From contig CBDCVG010000043.1 in the NCBI GenBank assembly GCA_965222765.1, forward strand, positions 161,053-225,052: DNA of 64,000 bases. Reading direction: 5' to 3'. This document shows positions 9,531-19,205 of this stretch, in pieces; the first letter of the stretch is position 1; each line of letters opens with the position of its first letter. Made by a program: the position numbers and the translations under genes. Origin of the DNA: Caldora sp. (GTDB lineage: Bacteria > Cyanobacteriota > Cyanobacteriia > Cyanobacteriales > Coleofasciculaceae). Under the pieces are notes generated by a model. The model was not told where the DNA came from and did not search any database. It saw only the letters and a list, made by a program, of their open reading frames with translations.

Positions 9531-9920
9531 CTGACGCCGAATCTGATCCAAATTAGACATTTCTACTTCTTCGACTTCCTCCACCATTTCCTTGGTGTCT
9601 GCTTGCAAGTCATCTGGTTCAAGATTAGCTTCTGGTGGAGCTAGGAAAAGGCGCTCCAGCGTGTTTTCTGGAACAAATCCTGCGGGGACTAACTGCCAGT
9701 CATAATCGAATTGTTCAGTGTCAATATCTTCCATATCGATTTCCTCAACACTCACCGGTGGAAAATCTTGAGCTTCTAACAGAAGTCCGTAGCGGGTGGC
9801 ATCGTCTTCTGACTCAAACATCAAAACTACGGTGCGATCTTGAATTTGCAGGGAGTGAACTCCTTCGTTTTCTGTGCCGACATTGTATAAGAGGATAAAT
9901 ACTCGCTTAGGTGAAGCCAT
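9513..9920 (-). CDS. Conserved acidic cyanobacterial protein (possibly DUF3110-like); function unknown
   Basis: 135-aa ORF with a coherent N-terminal beta-rich region and an acidic tail. The domain assignment is tentative. Confidence 0.45.
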   Translation of the reverse strand: MASPKRVFILLYNVGTENEGVHSLQIQDRTVVLMFESEDDATRYGLLLEAQDFPPVSVEEIDMEDIDTEQFDYDWQLVPAGFVPENTLERLFLAPPEANLEPDDLQADTKEMVEEVEEVEMSNLDQIRRQLEGLL

Positions 9921-10077
9921 AGGTTATTGCTAATTTTCAAGTTTATGTTTCACACATTACCGTCTTTACCTAGAATAACGTCAGTTAGGGAACAAGCTTT
10001 AAACCCAAACAAAGTTTGCTTTTAACTAAAATGTCGGGCTAAGTCCCACGTTCCAAAGGGTCACCGTAGGTAGTTCA

Positions 10078-10332
10078 CTAACTAAAGTCTTCCTCCATCT
10101 GGGCTATTTCTGCTAGAGATTTCCAACCAGGTTGCCACAAGGCACAATCTTTAAGCTGTTGAGCATTCAACCAAAAACGGACATTCGGGTCACACGAAGC
10201 AACCATTTCCGCAAATACCCACTTCCCCCGATTTTGACGGTTAATCACTTGGAAATGTCGCCAGCCCCAGGTTTGTTGCTGGGATGTCCATTTAGAACCA
10301 ACTAGGTGAGGGAATTTTTGCTTTTTTGACAT
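10078..10332 (-). CDS. Tryptophan-rich small protein (TIGR02450/DUF2389-like)
   Basis: MSKKQKFPHLVGSKWTSQQQTWGWRHFQVINRQNRGKWVFAEMVASCDP...; the ORF stays open upstream to 10485, but the family size fits the ATG at 10332. Confidence 0.45.
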   Translation of the reverse strand: MSKKQKFPHLVGSKWTSQQQTWGWRHFQVINRQNRGKWVFAEMVASCDPNVRFWLNAQQLKDCALWQPGWKSLAEIAQMEEDFS

Positions 10333-10631
10333 TCTTGCTAAATTTATATAGTTGGGATCCTCTTCAATAAGCACTAAGGGCAAAGCGGTGTACCACTTTA
10401 CCTGCACCGAAGACCTAATATATGCTTCGGTTACCACTTGGAAAAAAGTTGCGGTTGTCAGGAATCTAGTACAAGAAGGCTCCAATGCAGAAGACTGTAA
10501 TGTTTATGGTATCTGCTTTTTTGCCTATCGTTAAGAAGCTTGATTATTTCCACCGTACTGCACTAGATAGCCACCTTGTAGCCTTATTGAGCGAGTCATC
10601 TGTTTATACCCTTACAAAACCCTTATTGTTG

Positions 10632-12245
10632 ATGAAATTTTCCTACGAACTTTCAACAGCTTTGCTTGGTGCAGCAGCAATCATACTGGTGCAACCTCAA
10701 ATCACTCTAGCTTTGACAGCTTCGGAGGTTAATGCTATTGCTGAAAAGATTACTGTATTGATTGCGCAAGAGGAACAACAAGTTGCTTCAGGAGTGATTG
10801 TTGGCAAAGAAGGAAATACTTATTTTGTTTTGACTAGTCAACATGTAGTACAAACTGAGGGTCAGTACCAGATTATGACTCCTAGTAATGCTAAACATTC
10901 TGTTAACTACAGCAACATTATCAAATTACCTGGGATTGATTTAGCTATCTTACAATTTATTAGCCCAAACATTTATCAAGTTGCTACCTTTGGTAATTCC
11001 AGCGAAGTAATTGTGGGTTCTCCAGCTTATATTTCTGGGTGGCCAAAACCTGGTTTTGCTCTCCAAGATGAAGCACCAATTCGTCTTTTTCACTCTGGAC
11101 AAATTTCAGCTCGTCAACCTCTCAAAGATGGTTACGAGTTAATCTATACTACCCCTACTCGTCAAGGAATGAGTGGAGGACCGGTGCTCAATGAAAATGG
11201 CCAGCTGATTGGTATTCATGGGCGTACTGATTTACCTACCCTAGAAACAGATCCCAAGCCTTGGGGAGTTAATTTAGGTATTCCCATCAACACGTTCATT
11301 GAATTAGCTCCTAGTCTTTATACTGAACAAGGAGAAATCAAGCTCAAGGCGCAAGCTTACCAGGAAGCCATTGCCTATTTTAACCAGGTACTAAAGTTTA
11401 ATCCCAACTCTGCTGCTGCCTATAATGGGCAAAGTTATGCTCATTTTGCTCAGACAGGGTATGAGGAATCTATTCAGAAGGCAACCCAAGCAATCAAGAA
11501 TAACCCTAAATTAGCTGAAGCTTACCTCATCCGGGGGGCTAGCTATGCTCAGCAAGGAAGTCACCGCCAAGCAATTGAGAATTTTAACGAAGCGATCGCA
11601 ATTAATTCTCGTTTTGCTGATGCCTATGCTTTGCGAGGGGTAAGTAAGGCAAAAATAGGGGATTCTAATGGAGCTTATAAGGATGTTGAACTGTCTCTTA
11701 AACTAGCTCCTAAAAGTTCTATTGCCTACATCTGCCTTAGCCAAATTCACTCCCTTGTTGGCTACAGGATAGGTGCAGGGGAGGCTAGTAGGATTGCAGA
11801 TGAACTCTTAGATACTTCTAGGGAGATAAATCCTTATCAAATGACGCTCAATCAAGTACTGGAAAGCCGTTTACTTCAAGATCTTGTTGTACAGACAACG
11901 CCAACTTCTTCTAACCCTCAGACAGCAGTAAATCCAGGAAATGAGTACTATACCAACACCATTAATCTAGTTGAGGCTTGCAAGTCTTATGATGACTCGC
12001 CTCACCAAAATGAGGCACTGCTGTGGCTACAAGATCAAATCCCTAAGTCTACTCTCAAAACATTTACGATGATGTGGCGACTGCAACTCATCTTTGACAT
12101 GGATAAGGAGCCGATGGAGCTCGTTAACGTTTGTCAGCATTATGAGGGTAAGGAACACCAAGATAAGGCTTTAGAAAGGCTACAGACTCGAATTAACCAG
12201 GTAACAATTATTGAGTTTGCCCAAAGGTGGTTCCAAACTCAGTAA
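10632..12245 (+). CDS. Secreted trypsin-like serine protease with TPR repeats and a C-terminal domain of unknown function
   Basis: Signal-peptide-like start MKFSYELSTALLGAAAIILVQP. The protease motifs are VLTSQHVV and GMSGGPVLNENGQLIGIHG, followed by about four TPR units. An alternative upstream ATG lies at 10485. Confidence 0.75.
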   Translation: MKFSYELSTALLGAAAIILVQPQITLALTASEVNAIAEKITVLIAQEEQQVASGVIVGKEGNTYFVLTSQHVVQTEGQYQIMTPSNAKHSVNYSNIIKLPGIDLAILQFISPNIYQVATFGNSSEVIVGSPAYISGWPKPGFALQDEAPIRLFHSGQISARQPLKDGYELIYTTPTRQGMSGGPVLNENGQLIGIHGRTDLPTLETDPKPWGVNLGIPINTFIELAPSLYTEQGEIKLKAQAYQEAIAYFNQVLKFNPNSAAAYNGQSYAHFAQTGYEESIQKATQAIKNNPKLAEAYLIRGASYAQQGSHRQAIENFNEAIAINSRFADAYALRGVSKAKIGDSNGAYKDVELSLKLAPKSSIAYICLSQIHSLVGYRIGAGEASRIADELLDTSREINPYQMTLNQVLESRLLQDLVVQTTPTSSNPQTAVNPGNEYYTNTINLVEACKSYDDSPHQNEALLWLQDQIPKSTLKTFTMMWRLQLIFDMDKEPMELVNVCQHYEGKEHQDKALERLQTRINQVTIIEFAQRWFQTQ

Positions 12246-12428
12246 TTTAAGGTGTTAGGTGTTAGGTGTTAGGTAATGGAATTGAGAAGTGATTAGAGCC
12301 TTGAAGCTACAAGGAAAGCTATTAAGGAAGAGAGTAAATCTAAAATCTAAAATCTCAATGACGCATTTAAATTGGTTTATCTTAATCTCCGCATCCCTAC
12401 ATTTCTCCGCCTCAGCACAATTTACAAT

Positions 12429-12707
12429 TTAAATGCACAAAAGCTTATAGGCAGTTTCCAGTGCTGATCTGTGTTTAAAGCCTCTAGAGTTATCCGAAAC
12501 TTTATAGCGGAAGGAGTGGGAGGCTCCGGTACGCTCAAAAACCCCTAATCGATGGAGCATAGGAACTAACCGCCTGACGCTATGGGTATTCACTTTTGTT
12601 ACTTGTGCAATTTCCTCCAGATTCAGCCACTGAGAGGATTCCTTAACGCCAGCATAAACTCGAATTAAATGGGGAAGTTGGGGCTGCACTTTGTTGACAT
12701 CTTTCAT
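12429..12707 (-). CDS. Small putative winged-helix/HTH DNA-binding protein
   Basis: 92 aa with the HTH-like segment LNLEEIAQVTKVNTHSVRRLVPMLHRLG. It is on the same strand as, and immediately downstream of, the NB-ARC gene. Confidence 0.4.
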   Translation of the reverse strand: MKDVNKVQPQLPHLIRVYAGVKESSQWLNLEEIAQVTKVNTHSVRRLVPMLHRLGVFERTGASHSFRYKVSDNSRGFKHRSALETAYKLLCI

Positions 12708-12828
12708 TAAACTTCCTTGAAATTTAATAAATTTTAAGGAAGAGTCTAACGAGTAGTTGTGAAAAAAATGTGAAAATCTAAGGACAAAAGATTAAAAAGC
12801 TTACCCTACAAGCATTCTGCCTTCTTAC

Positions 12829-12941
12829 ACTAGTACAGCGCGGCAGAAGTAACTAACCAGTTTGAGATCGATAGAATCCTTACTCTATAAGCATTCTTAA
12901 TTCTTAATTCTTAATTCTTAATTCCGCGCAGCGGTACTAGT
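12829..12941 (-). mobile_element. MITE-like element, copy 2 (113 bp, inverted orientation): TIRs ACTAGTACCGCTGCGCGG / CCGCGCTGYACTAGT flanking 4x AATTAAG
   Basis: The reverse complement is ~92% identical across its full length to 20742..20854. It ends 5 bp after the NB-ARC gene stop codon. Confidence 0.8.
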
Positions 12942-12946
12942 CTCGA

Positions 12947-15076
12947 TTACGAGATCAGAAACAGCACAATTAAGGAGATTGCGATCGCTAACATCAAAGT
13001 ACCTAAAATGATATCTCCTAGGTGATACTCATGGGGAGTTGCTTTCGTAGATTGTACTTTATCTCCCTTATCCTCCCATCTCCCCATCTCCGTGTCAGGT
13101 GCGTCTCGCGTCTCCGCGTCTCCATTAATCTCCCTATCTACTACATTTACTTGCAACTCTGTATGAGGGGTTTCAGAAGTTATATCCTGCATTGACTCTA
13201 GCCATTCTGCTACCCGTTGAGCTTCTGATAACTCCGGTTTCAGTTTAGTGAGGGCTTCTCGCCATAGAGCAACAGCTTTGTGTTTGTTGCCCTGTTGTAC
13301 ATAGAGAATACCCATATTGACTAGAGTTTGACCTTCTTTGTTAATATCTCCTAGTTTTGTGAAGCTGCCTAGGCTCTGTTCGTAACAATCCCTAGCTTTA
13401 AGCCAATCTCCTTGCTGGGAATAGATATTAGCTAGATTGCCCAAACTCATCGCTTCTGCATGAGAGTCTTCCAACTCCCTGAAAATGCTTAGACTCTGCC
13501 CATAGCGCTCGATTGTTTTCCCCCAATCTCCTTGCCTAAAATAGACTTTACCCAGGTTAGTTAAGGTTTGAGCTTCTTCTTGGGTATTGCCTAGCTCGCG
13601 GGTTGCTTCCAAAGCCCACAATTGAGTCCGTTCCCAGTCAGCCAAGTAAGCACGGATATCAAAAAAGTTAACTAAGCTCTTGGCAAAGGGAACTACTATA
13701 TCCCATGCTTGAGCTTGGTAAGCCCATTCTAAAGAAGCTAACAAGTTGCTGCGCTCAGTCTCAAACCAGTTTAAGGCTGCCGCCAGCAAGTGTGGCTCAA
13801 TAGCTTCTATAGATTGGTGGTTCAAGACTTTCGTGAAATTCTCTGAATTCTCAAGATACCAGCGTGCCACCCTCAAACGAGTTGCTTGCCGTTCCTCTAC
13901 TAGCTCCTCTTGAGCCAATTGCCCTCGGGCAAAAGAGCGCACCAAATCGTGGAAACGGTAGCGCTCCCTTCCAACAGGCTCCAACAGTTGCCTCTCAACT
14001 AGATAATGTACAGATTCCTTGGCGACAGCTGGCTCAACATCTAACAAGGAAGCAGCTAAGGGGAGCGTAAAGTTAGGTCCGGTTAACAATCCCAGTAAGC
14101 GAAACAGGCGAGCAGCAGTTGTATCGAGCTCCTGATAGCTGAGAACAAGGCTAGCTCGTACATCCAAATCGCTCAGGTACAGTTGTGCTAGTCGTTGCTG
14201 CTCATCAGCAAGTTGATGTGTGTATTCTGCTAGTTCCCAGTTTGGTTGATTTCGTAGAGTATTACCAGTGATGCGGATAGCTAGGGGTAGCCCATTGCAA
14301 AGATTGATCAAGTTTTTGCTTGCTTCCAGTTCAGCCTGAGAGCGTTCTACTCCTACCAGATCCCGTAGCAGAGCCAAGGCATCTAGTTCCGTCATCACTT
14401 CTAAGTCAACGACAGTAGCTTCCCTTAGATTCTCAAACTGTTTGCGCGTTGTAACTAGGACTCCACAAGTGGGACTATTTGGTAGCAAAGGCCGTATCTG
14501 AACCTCATCCCGAGCATTATCCAGCAGTACCAAAGCTCGTTTATCTGAGAGCAAGGAACGGTAGAGTTCAGTTCTCTCTTTGAGAGTTTCAGGTATCAAA
14601 TCGTCTTCGATACCCAAGACTCGCAAAAAACTAGCTAACACTGCCAATGGCTCCTGGCTCTGGCTCTCACTTCCCCTGAGATTGATGTATAGTTGAGCAT
14701 CTGGAAAATACGACTGTAGTTGATGGGCAATGTGGATAGCAAGAGTTGATTTACCGACTCCTGCTATACCAGTCAATGTACAGAGCTTAACAAGGCTCTC
14801 GCCTTGTAAGGCAGAAGGAAAGAGTCCTTCATCCTTCTTCAAAGTGGGGTCTTTTTCTTTAAGCTTTGGTGTTGCCTGTTGCAAACAAGCTTTCACCTGC
14901 TCTAATTCTGCTTGGCGACCTATAAAGTTGGCAATATCAGAAGGGAGCTGATGTATGGATGTAGGCTGAACTAAGGTACTTTCAAACAGCTGCATGACTT
15001 TTTTATTGTCACCAGCTACCACGCCTTCTACTAAATCGTGAAAAATTAGTTTGTACTTTGGTCTATCTTCAGCCAT
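12947..15076 (-). CDS. NB-ARC (STAND) ATPase with TPR repeats and a C-terminal transmembrane anchor
   Basis: The P-loop is GIAGVGKSTLA and the Walker B-like motif is LVLLDN. There are about five TPR units (...NLGKVYFRQGDWGKTIERYGQSL...). The C-terminus ends ...LGDIILGTLMLAIAISLIVLFLIS (a single TM helix). Confidence 0.8.
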   Translation of the reverse strand: MAEDRPKYKLIFHDLVEGVVAGDNKKVMQLFESTLVQPTSIHQLPSDIANFIGRQAELEQVKACLQQATPKLKEKDPTLKKDEGLFPSALQGESLVKLCTLTGIAGVGKSTLAIHIAHQLQSYFPDAQLYINLRGSESQSQEPLAVLASFLRVLGIEDDLIPETLKERTELYRSLLSDKRALVLLDNARDEVQIRPLLPNSPTCGVLVTTRKQFENLREATVVDLEVMTELDALALLRDLVGVERSQAELEASKNLINLCNGLPLAIRITGNTLRNQPNWELAEYTHQLADEQQRLAQLYLSDLDVRASLVLSYQELDTTAARLFRLLGLLTGPNFTLPLAASLLDVEPAVAKESVHYLVERQLLEPVGRERYRFHDLVRSFARGQLAQEELVEERQATRLRVARWYLENSENFTKVLNHQSIEAIEPHLLAAALNWFETERSNLLASLEWAYQAQAWDIVVPFAKSLVNFFDIRAYLADWERTQLWALEATRELGNTQEEAQTLTNLGKVYFRQGDWGKTIERYGQSLSIFRELEDSHAEAMSLGNLANIYSQQGDWLKARDCYEQSLGSFTKLGDINKEGQTLVNMGILYVQQGNKHKAVALWREALTKLKPELSEAQRVAEWLESMQDITSETPHTELQVNVVDREINGDAETRDAPDTEMGRWEDKGDKVQSTKATPHEYHLGDIILGTLMLAIAISLIVLFLIS

Positions 15077-15159
15077 AGATTGCTCCGTTAGCTTGTTGCT
15101 CCCACATAAAACTAATAGCTATGGAATTTCTCAATAAATTGCAAAAATGCTATATCACT

Positions 15160-15696
15160 TCAGGCATTACCAGGAATCAAAAGCTCCATTGAAGTCATGA
15201 GAGTACTAAGTACAGAGGTTCTAAGATTAGGATTAACTATCACAATGGGAGGGCGATTACTCTCACTTACATAACCTAACTGGAGCGTAATTTCTTCTGA
15301 AGACAAGGCTCCTGAACAATCCATATGGGTTAAACCAATAATCATCGGTATTTCTACTCGCTGTTCCATAAACGAGAGAATTGAGCGAGCATAGGGGAAA
15401 TCATCAGGTCGATGAGCTGCTACCAACAGGATATAAGTCTGAGCATCTTGAATCAAAATATCCCACATGAAATCAAAGCGGGATTGACCTGGAGTACCGT
15501 AGATATGTAAATCAATATCAGGACCAAATGTAACTTTACCAAAGTCGAAAGCAACTGTGGTCTCTTCCTTATCTATGGATATTTCATCAGTAACAGTTCG
15601 TTCTATTTGTACAACTTCAATTTCACTGGCAGTTCGCACAAAGGTAGACTTTCCTGCTCCAACAGTCCCTGTTACTACTAAACGCATATTTTTCAT
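15160..15696 (-). CDS. Roadblock-associated small GTPase (COG2229 / conservon CvnD-like), copy 1
   Basis: The P-loop is GTVGAGKST, the switch II motif is YGTPGQ, and the NKxD equivalent is THMD. It is ~60% identical to the protein at 16313..16948. Confidence 0.75.
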   Translation of the reverse strand: MKNMRLVVTGTVGAGKSTFVRTASEIEVVQIERTVTDEISIDKEETTVAFDFGKVTFGPDIDLHIYGTPGQSRFDFMWDILIQDAQTYILLVAAHRPDDFPYARSILSFMEQRVEIPMIIGLTHMDCSGALSSEEITLQLGYVSESNRPPIVIVNPNLRTSVLSTLMTSMELLIPGNA

Positions 15697-15849
15697 GACA
15701 TTTTGCTCCGAAAAAATATTTGTTATTGGTTGTTTGTCTCAGCGTTAGTGTAGATATTTAAGGTAGATAGTGAAATAAACAAATAACCAACAACAAATCA
15801 CAAATACTTACTGCTACTATGGTTTCGATAGACAAGTAGCAAGGCTTAA

Positions 15850-16221
15850 CTAAGCTAATGCCGGCTTAAGCTCGGTAACAGTGCGTTTAATTTCTAACAT
15901 CAGCACTCCCTGCTTTGCTGCTTTACCAGCTAGTACGAGAAAGACTGCATCTTCACCACAACTAGTCAAAATGCTAAAGCCTTCATTACCCTCAACATAG
16001 ATGCGATCAATTGCACCCCGGACAAGTTCCTTTCCAATACGTTCCCCTAAAGAAAGCATAGCAGCCGACATAGCTGATACCCGTTCGTCATCCATACCAC
16101 CAGGTAAACTGGAGGCTAAGGGCAAACCATCAGGAGTAACCATTGCTGCTCCCTGAACATCACTAGTGCCAGTGACAAAGCTTTGTAATATCTGTCCAAG
16201 TTTTTCAGAATTGATTGCCAT
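15850..16221 (-). CDS. Roadblock/LC7 (MglB-like) domain protein, copy 1
   Basis: 123 aa reading ...GAAMVTPDGLPLASSL...AMSAAMLSLGERIGKEL...FLVLAGK..., a typical Roadblock fold sequence. It differs from 17344..17715 at only 2 of 123 residues. Confidence 0.8.
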   Translation of the reverse strand: MAINSEKLGQILQSFVTGTSDVQGAAMVTPDGLPLASSLPGGMDDERVSAMSAAMLSLGERIGKELVRGAIDRIYVEGNEGFSILTSCGEDAVFLVLAGKAAKQGVLMLEIKRTVTELKPALA

Positions 16222-16312
16222 AATTGTGTTCCTACTTTAATTAAATTGAATATTTATTTTTATCAAAAATTAGATGATTTTTTGACAAAAATCAATTAGA
16301 GATTTAGCTATT

Positions 16313-16948
16313 TTAAAAATCTCGTGACAAAGATCTTGTGGATAATTGATAGGAATGTTTTGTCTGAGACTGAGCTGCTTGACTAACTGCTCGCCTCGTT
16401 ATCAATTGCTCAAAATTACATTGAGAAAGCATCAGAGCCATCGAAGCCATAACAGCTTCAATTACTGAATGTTTATCCCTAGGATTTACTCGCACAAACA
16501 GGGGTTGTTGTAACCTATTGATATAGCCCAGATTTAACATTATTTCTTCTGGAGCCTTTGCTTCTGGATAATCCATATGGGTTATACCAATAACCATTGG
16601 GATTTTGACTCGCTGATTCATAAACGTAATAATCTGACGAGCTTGGCGGAAATCATTGGGGCGGTGGGCTGCTACTAGCACAATATAAGTGTGAGCTTTT
16701 TGGATCAAAAAATCCCACATAAAGCTAAAGCGAGATTGACCGGGAGTGCCATAAATTTGTATATCCATGGCAGAACCAAATGAAATGCGACCATAGTCGA
16801 AGGCAACAGTAGTTTTTCTCTTAAGCTGGGCTGTTTCATCGGTAGCAGTGCGTTCTGTACTGATAGCTTCAATTTGACTAATTGTCTGCACAAAGGTAGA
16901 CTTTCCAGCTCCTGGAGTGCCAGCTACAACTAAACGCATAGTTTTCAT
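16313..16948 (-). CDS. Roadblock-associated small GTPase, copy 2, with a ~30-aa C-terminal extension
   Basis: The motifs are GTPGAGKST, YGTPGQ and THMD. The tail QCNFEQLITRR...SRDF is absent from copy 1. Confidence 0.72.
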   Translation of the reverse strand: MKTMRLVVAGTPGAGKSTFVQTISQIEAISTERTATDETAQLKRKTTVAFDYGRISFGSAMDIQIYGTPGQSRFSFMWDFLIQKAHTYIVLVAAHRPNDFRQARQIITFMNQRVKIPMVIGITHMDYPEAKAPEEIMLNLGYINRLQQPLFVRVNPRDKHSVIEAVMASMALMLSQCNFEQLITRRAVSQAAQSQTKHSYQLSTRSLSRDF

Positions 16949-17343
16949 TTGATTCTGCTCCGAAAGATTATCTAAAATTCATCCAACCAAATTAACTCGG
17001 TAACTAGGGAATTTTACATGGGGGTTTTAAACCTCCATGTAAAACCTAGTATCTATAGAAATGGAGAGCTCTTACTCCTAATGCTAATAACTAAAAAAAT
17101 GTTAACTATCAACCGTTAACTATTCACTGTTGAGACCATGCACCAATACTGAAATCTGGCAGAATCTTTGCCTATACCTAACCTAATTGAACTGATGGTA
17201 GTTACTGCATCAAACTTGAGCAATCAAACCTGTTAAGATGCATGGTAGTTCTACGTCAAGTCCACCTTAAATTCACTCTGATGACCAGATAATTGCTAAT
17301 TAATCGTTCCTCGATTAACCTACAAACAATTGGCTAGATTTAA

Positions 17344-17715
17344 CTAAGCTAAAGCAGGCTTAAGCTCGGTAAGAGTTCGCTTAATTTCTAACATTAGCAC
17401 TCCCTGCTTTGCTGCTTTACCAGCTAGTACTAGAAAAACTGCATCCTCACCACAACTAGTCAAAATGCTAAAGCCTTCATTACCCTCAACATAGATGCGA
17501 TCAATTGCACCCCGAACCAGTTCCTTTCCAATACGCTCTCCTAAAGAAAGCATAGCAGCTGACATAGCTGATACCCGTTCGTCATCCATACCACCAGGCA
17601 AGCTAGAGGCTAGAGGTAAACCATCAGGAGTAACCATTGCTGCTCCCTGAACATCACTAGTGCCAGTGACGAAGTTTTGTAGTATCTGTCCAAGTTTTTC
17701 AGAATTAATTGCCAT
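17344..17715 (-). CDS. Roadblock/LC7 (MglB-like) domain protein, copy 2
   Basis: ~93% nt and 98% aa identical to 15850..16221. Confidence 0.8.
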   Translation of the reverse strand: MAINSEKLGQILQNFVTGTSDVQGAAMVTPDGLPLASSLPGGMDDERVSAMSAAMLSLGERIGKELVRGAIDRIYVEGNEGFSILTSCGEDAVFLVLAGKAAKQGVLMLEIKRTLTELKPALA

Positions 17716-17799
17716 TGTTGTATTCCTGCTTATTCCTACTTGAATTTCAGTTAGTGGGATCTGGTTGAGTTGTATACCTTGAAGCTAGCAAACTGAGAT

Positions 17800-18354
17800 T
17801 TACATAGTATTTGCACCAGTTTTGATCAAACGCCTGAAAAGACCTTCAGTCCAACCAGTTTCTCGGAGAACAGCAGCTGAACTAACTTCTACGTAAGCTT
17901 GCTCAATGAAAGCTAAATCAATCATGCAAATTCTGCTTAAAGCATCAAGCAATTCTATAGGTTTGCCATCTACTTTTAGTTGTTTGCGAGCTTCATTAAT
18001 TACGGTTGCCATTGCTGGCACAACGTGTTGAGGTCCAATGCCAATTTGTACATGTACTAAACCAATGCGCCAACGACGATCAGCATAAGAATCACCCCAT
18101 TCATCCATCCCATTGAACATTTCGGCAAACCATTGAACAAAGGTTTCCCGTAGGCGATGCATACGTCCTTCTTTTTCATTCAAAATAGCGCTCATTTCTG
18201 GATCGCGACCCAAGTAAGCATAAAAATGATCTGCCATTTCTGGAGCAATTTCTTTACCCCAATCGAGATTAGATTTTAGGATTTCTTTGTCTTCTGCGGT
18301 AAAAGCAACACGCTTTTCCATTGTAGTCATAAAATCATGAGGATTTAAGGACAT
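17800..18354 (-). CDS. Single-domain protoglobin / globin-coupled-sensor-type globin (no output domain)
   Basis: Contains HRLRETFVQWF...YADRRWRIGLVHVQIGIGPQHVVPAMATVINEA, the sensor-globin signature. The ATG is at 18354; an upstream TTG is at 18381. Confidence 0.7.
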   Translation of the reverse strand: MSLNPHDFMTTMEKRVAFTAEDKEILKSNLDWGKEIAPEMADHFYAYLGRDPEMSAILNEKEGRMHRLRETFVQWFAEMFNGMDEWGDSYADRRWRIGLVHVQIGIGPQHVVPAMATVINEARKQLKVDGKPIELLDALSRICMIDLAFIEQAYVEVSSAAVLRETGWTEGLFRRLIKTGANTM

Positions 18355-18959
18355 ACATCTCCTTCTTGTATCAAAAAGCAATCAAGTTCATTTCATTTCT
18401 AACAATTTAATATGCTACTGTCTAGTTTTATTTTGACATTTTGTTTAAATTTAAGAAAAATATTTTTTTTGTTTTTAGAGTAATTTAGTTTTTTTTTTAA
18501 AGAGAAATTAAGATTGTCGAATTAATTAAAAATGTATTAATTGTAACAATTTAAATTAATGATTTTTACCCTAAAATCTTTTTCTATCCAAATAAGTGCA
18601 AGGAAAAAGCGTCATGAGACTCAAAAGATGAGCACAAATGATGAAAATCTACCTTGTGAATCATGGATAATCACTCCGGAACTGTTGCCTGTTGCCTGTT
18701 GCCTCTCGTCACAACCCGACTTATTCAGCAAGCCCTACTTAAATTATCGCCAAAATGCTTGACCCCTACTGTCCCCTAAAACTGTTTTATCTTTTCAAGA
18801 ATTATTCAGTTCTATCCGGATGGTTTGTCAATGTATTGTTTTTGTATTTCGAGTGGGAGCAAACCTATATTGAATAAGAGTTTTCACGATTATGACTGCC
18901 CAATCCCTCAAGGAATGGGCTTCCCGCCGCTTTTGGTGAGAATTGGCACAGTAATAGAT

Positions 18960-19205
18960 TTATTTTTTATGCTTTTGTGACTGATGCTCCTCAAACAGAG
19001 GCTTAACTTCCCCAGCAACCTCTTCTAACGCGGAGAGTCGCTGCTCAATTTCTTCCAACCTCTGTTGAGAAGATGACATTCCTAGGTAGCTTCTTAGAGC
19101 CGCAATCACTATATCTGACTTAGACTGCCCGGTTTGTTTCATCCGAGCTGCGATCGCTTCATTCAGCTCAGGAGATATTCTGACACCAAGGAATGGGTTA
19201 GCCAT
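18960..19205 (-). CDS. Ribbon-helix-helix (CopG/Arc-like) protein; possibly an orphan antitoxin
   Basis: Reads MANPFLGVRISPELNEAIAARMKQTGQSKSDIVIAALRSYL, followed by a coiled-coil tail. Confidence 0.5.
   Translation of the reverse strand: MANPFLGVRISPELNEAIAARMKQTGQSKSDIVIAALRSYLGMSSSQQRLEEIEQRLSALEEVAGEVKPLFEEHQSQKHKK

Noticed and set aside
10056-10073. 13-nt identity GGGTCACCGTAGG shared with 49761..49777
   Set aside because: About 30 chance 13-mer matches are expected within a 64-kb window, so this is not significant.
18354-18381. Globin start at the TTG at 18381 (the ORF-track start)
   Set aside because: The ATG at 18354 gives MSLNPHDF..., the usual protoglobin N-terminus; the upstream 9 codons (LFDTRRRC) look non-native.
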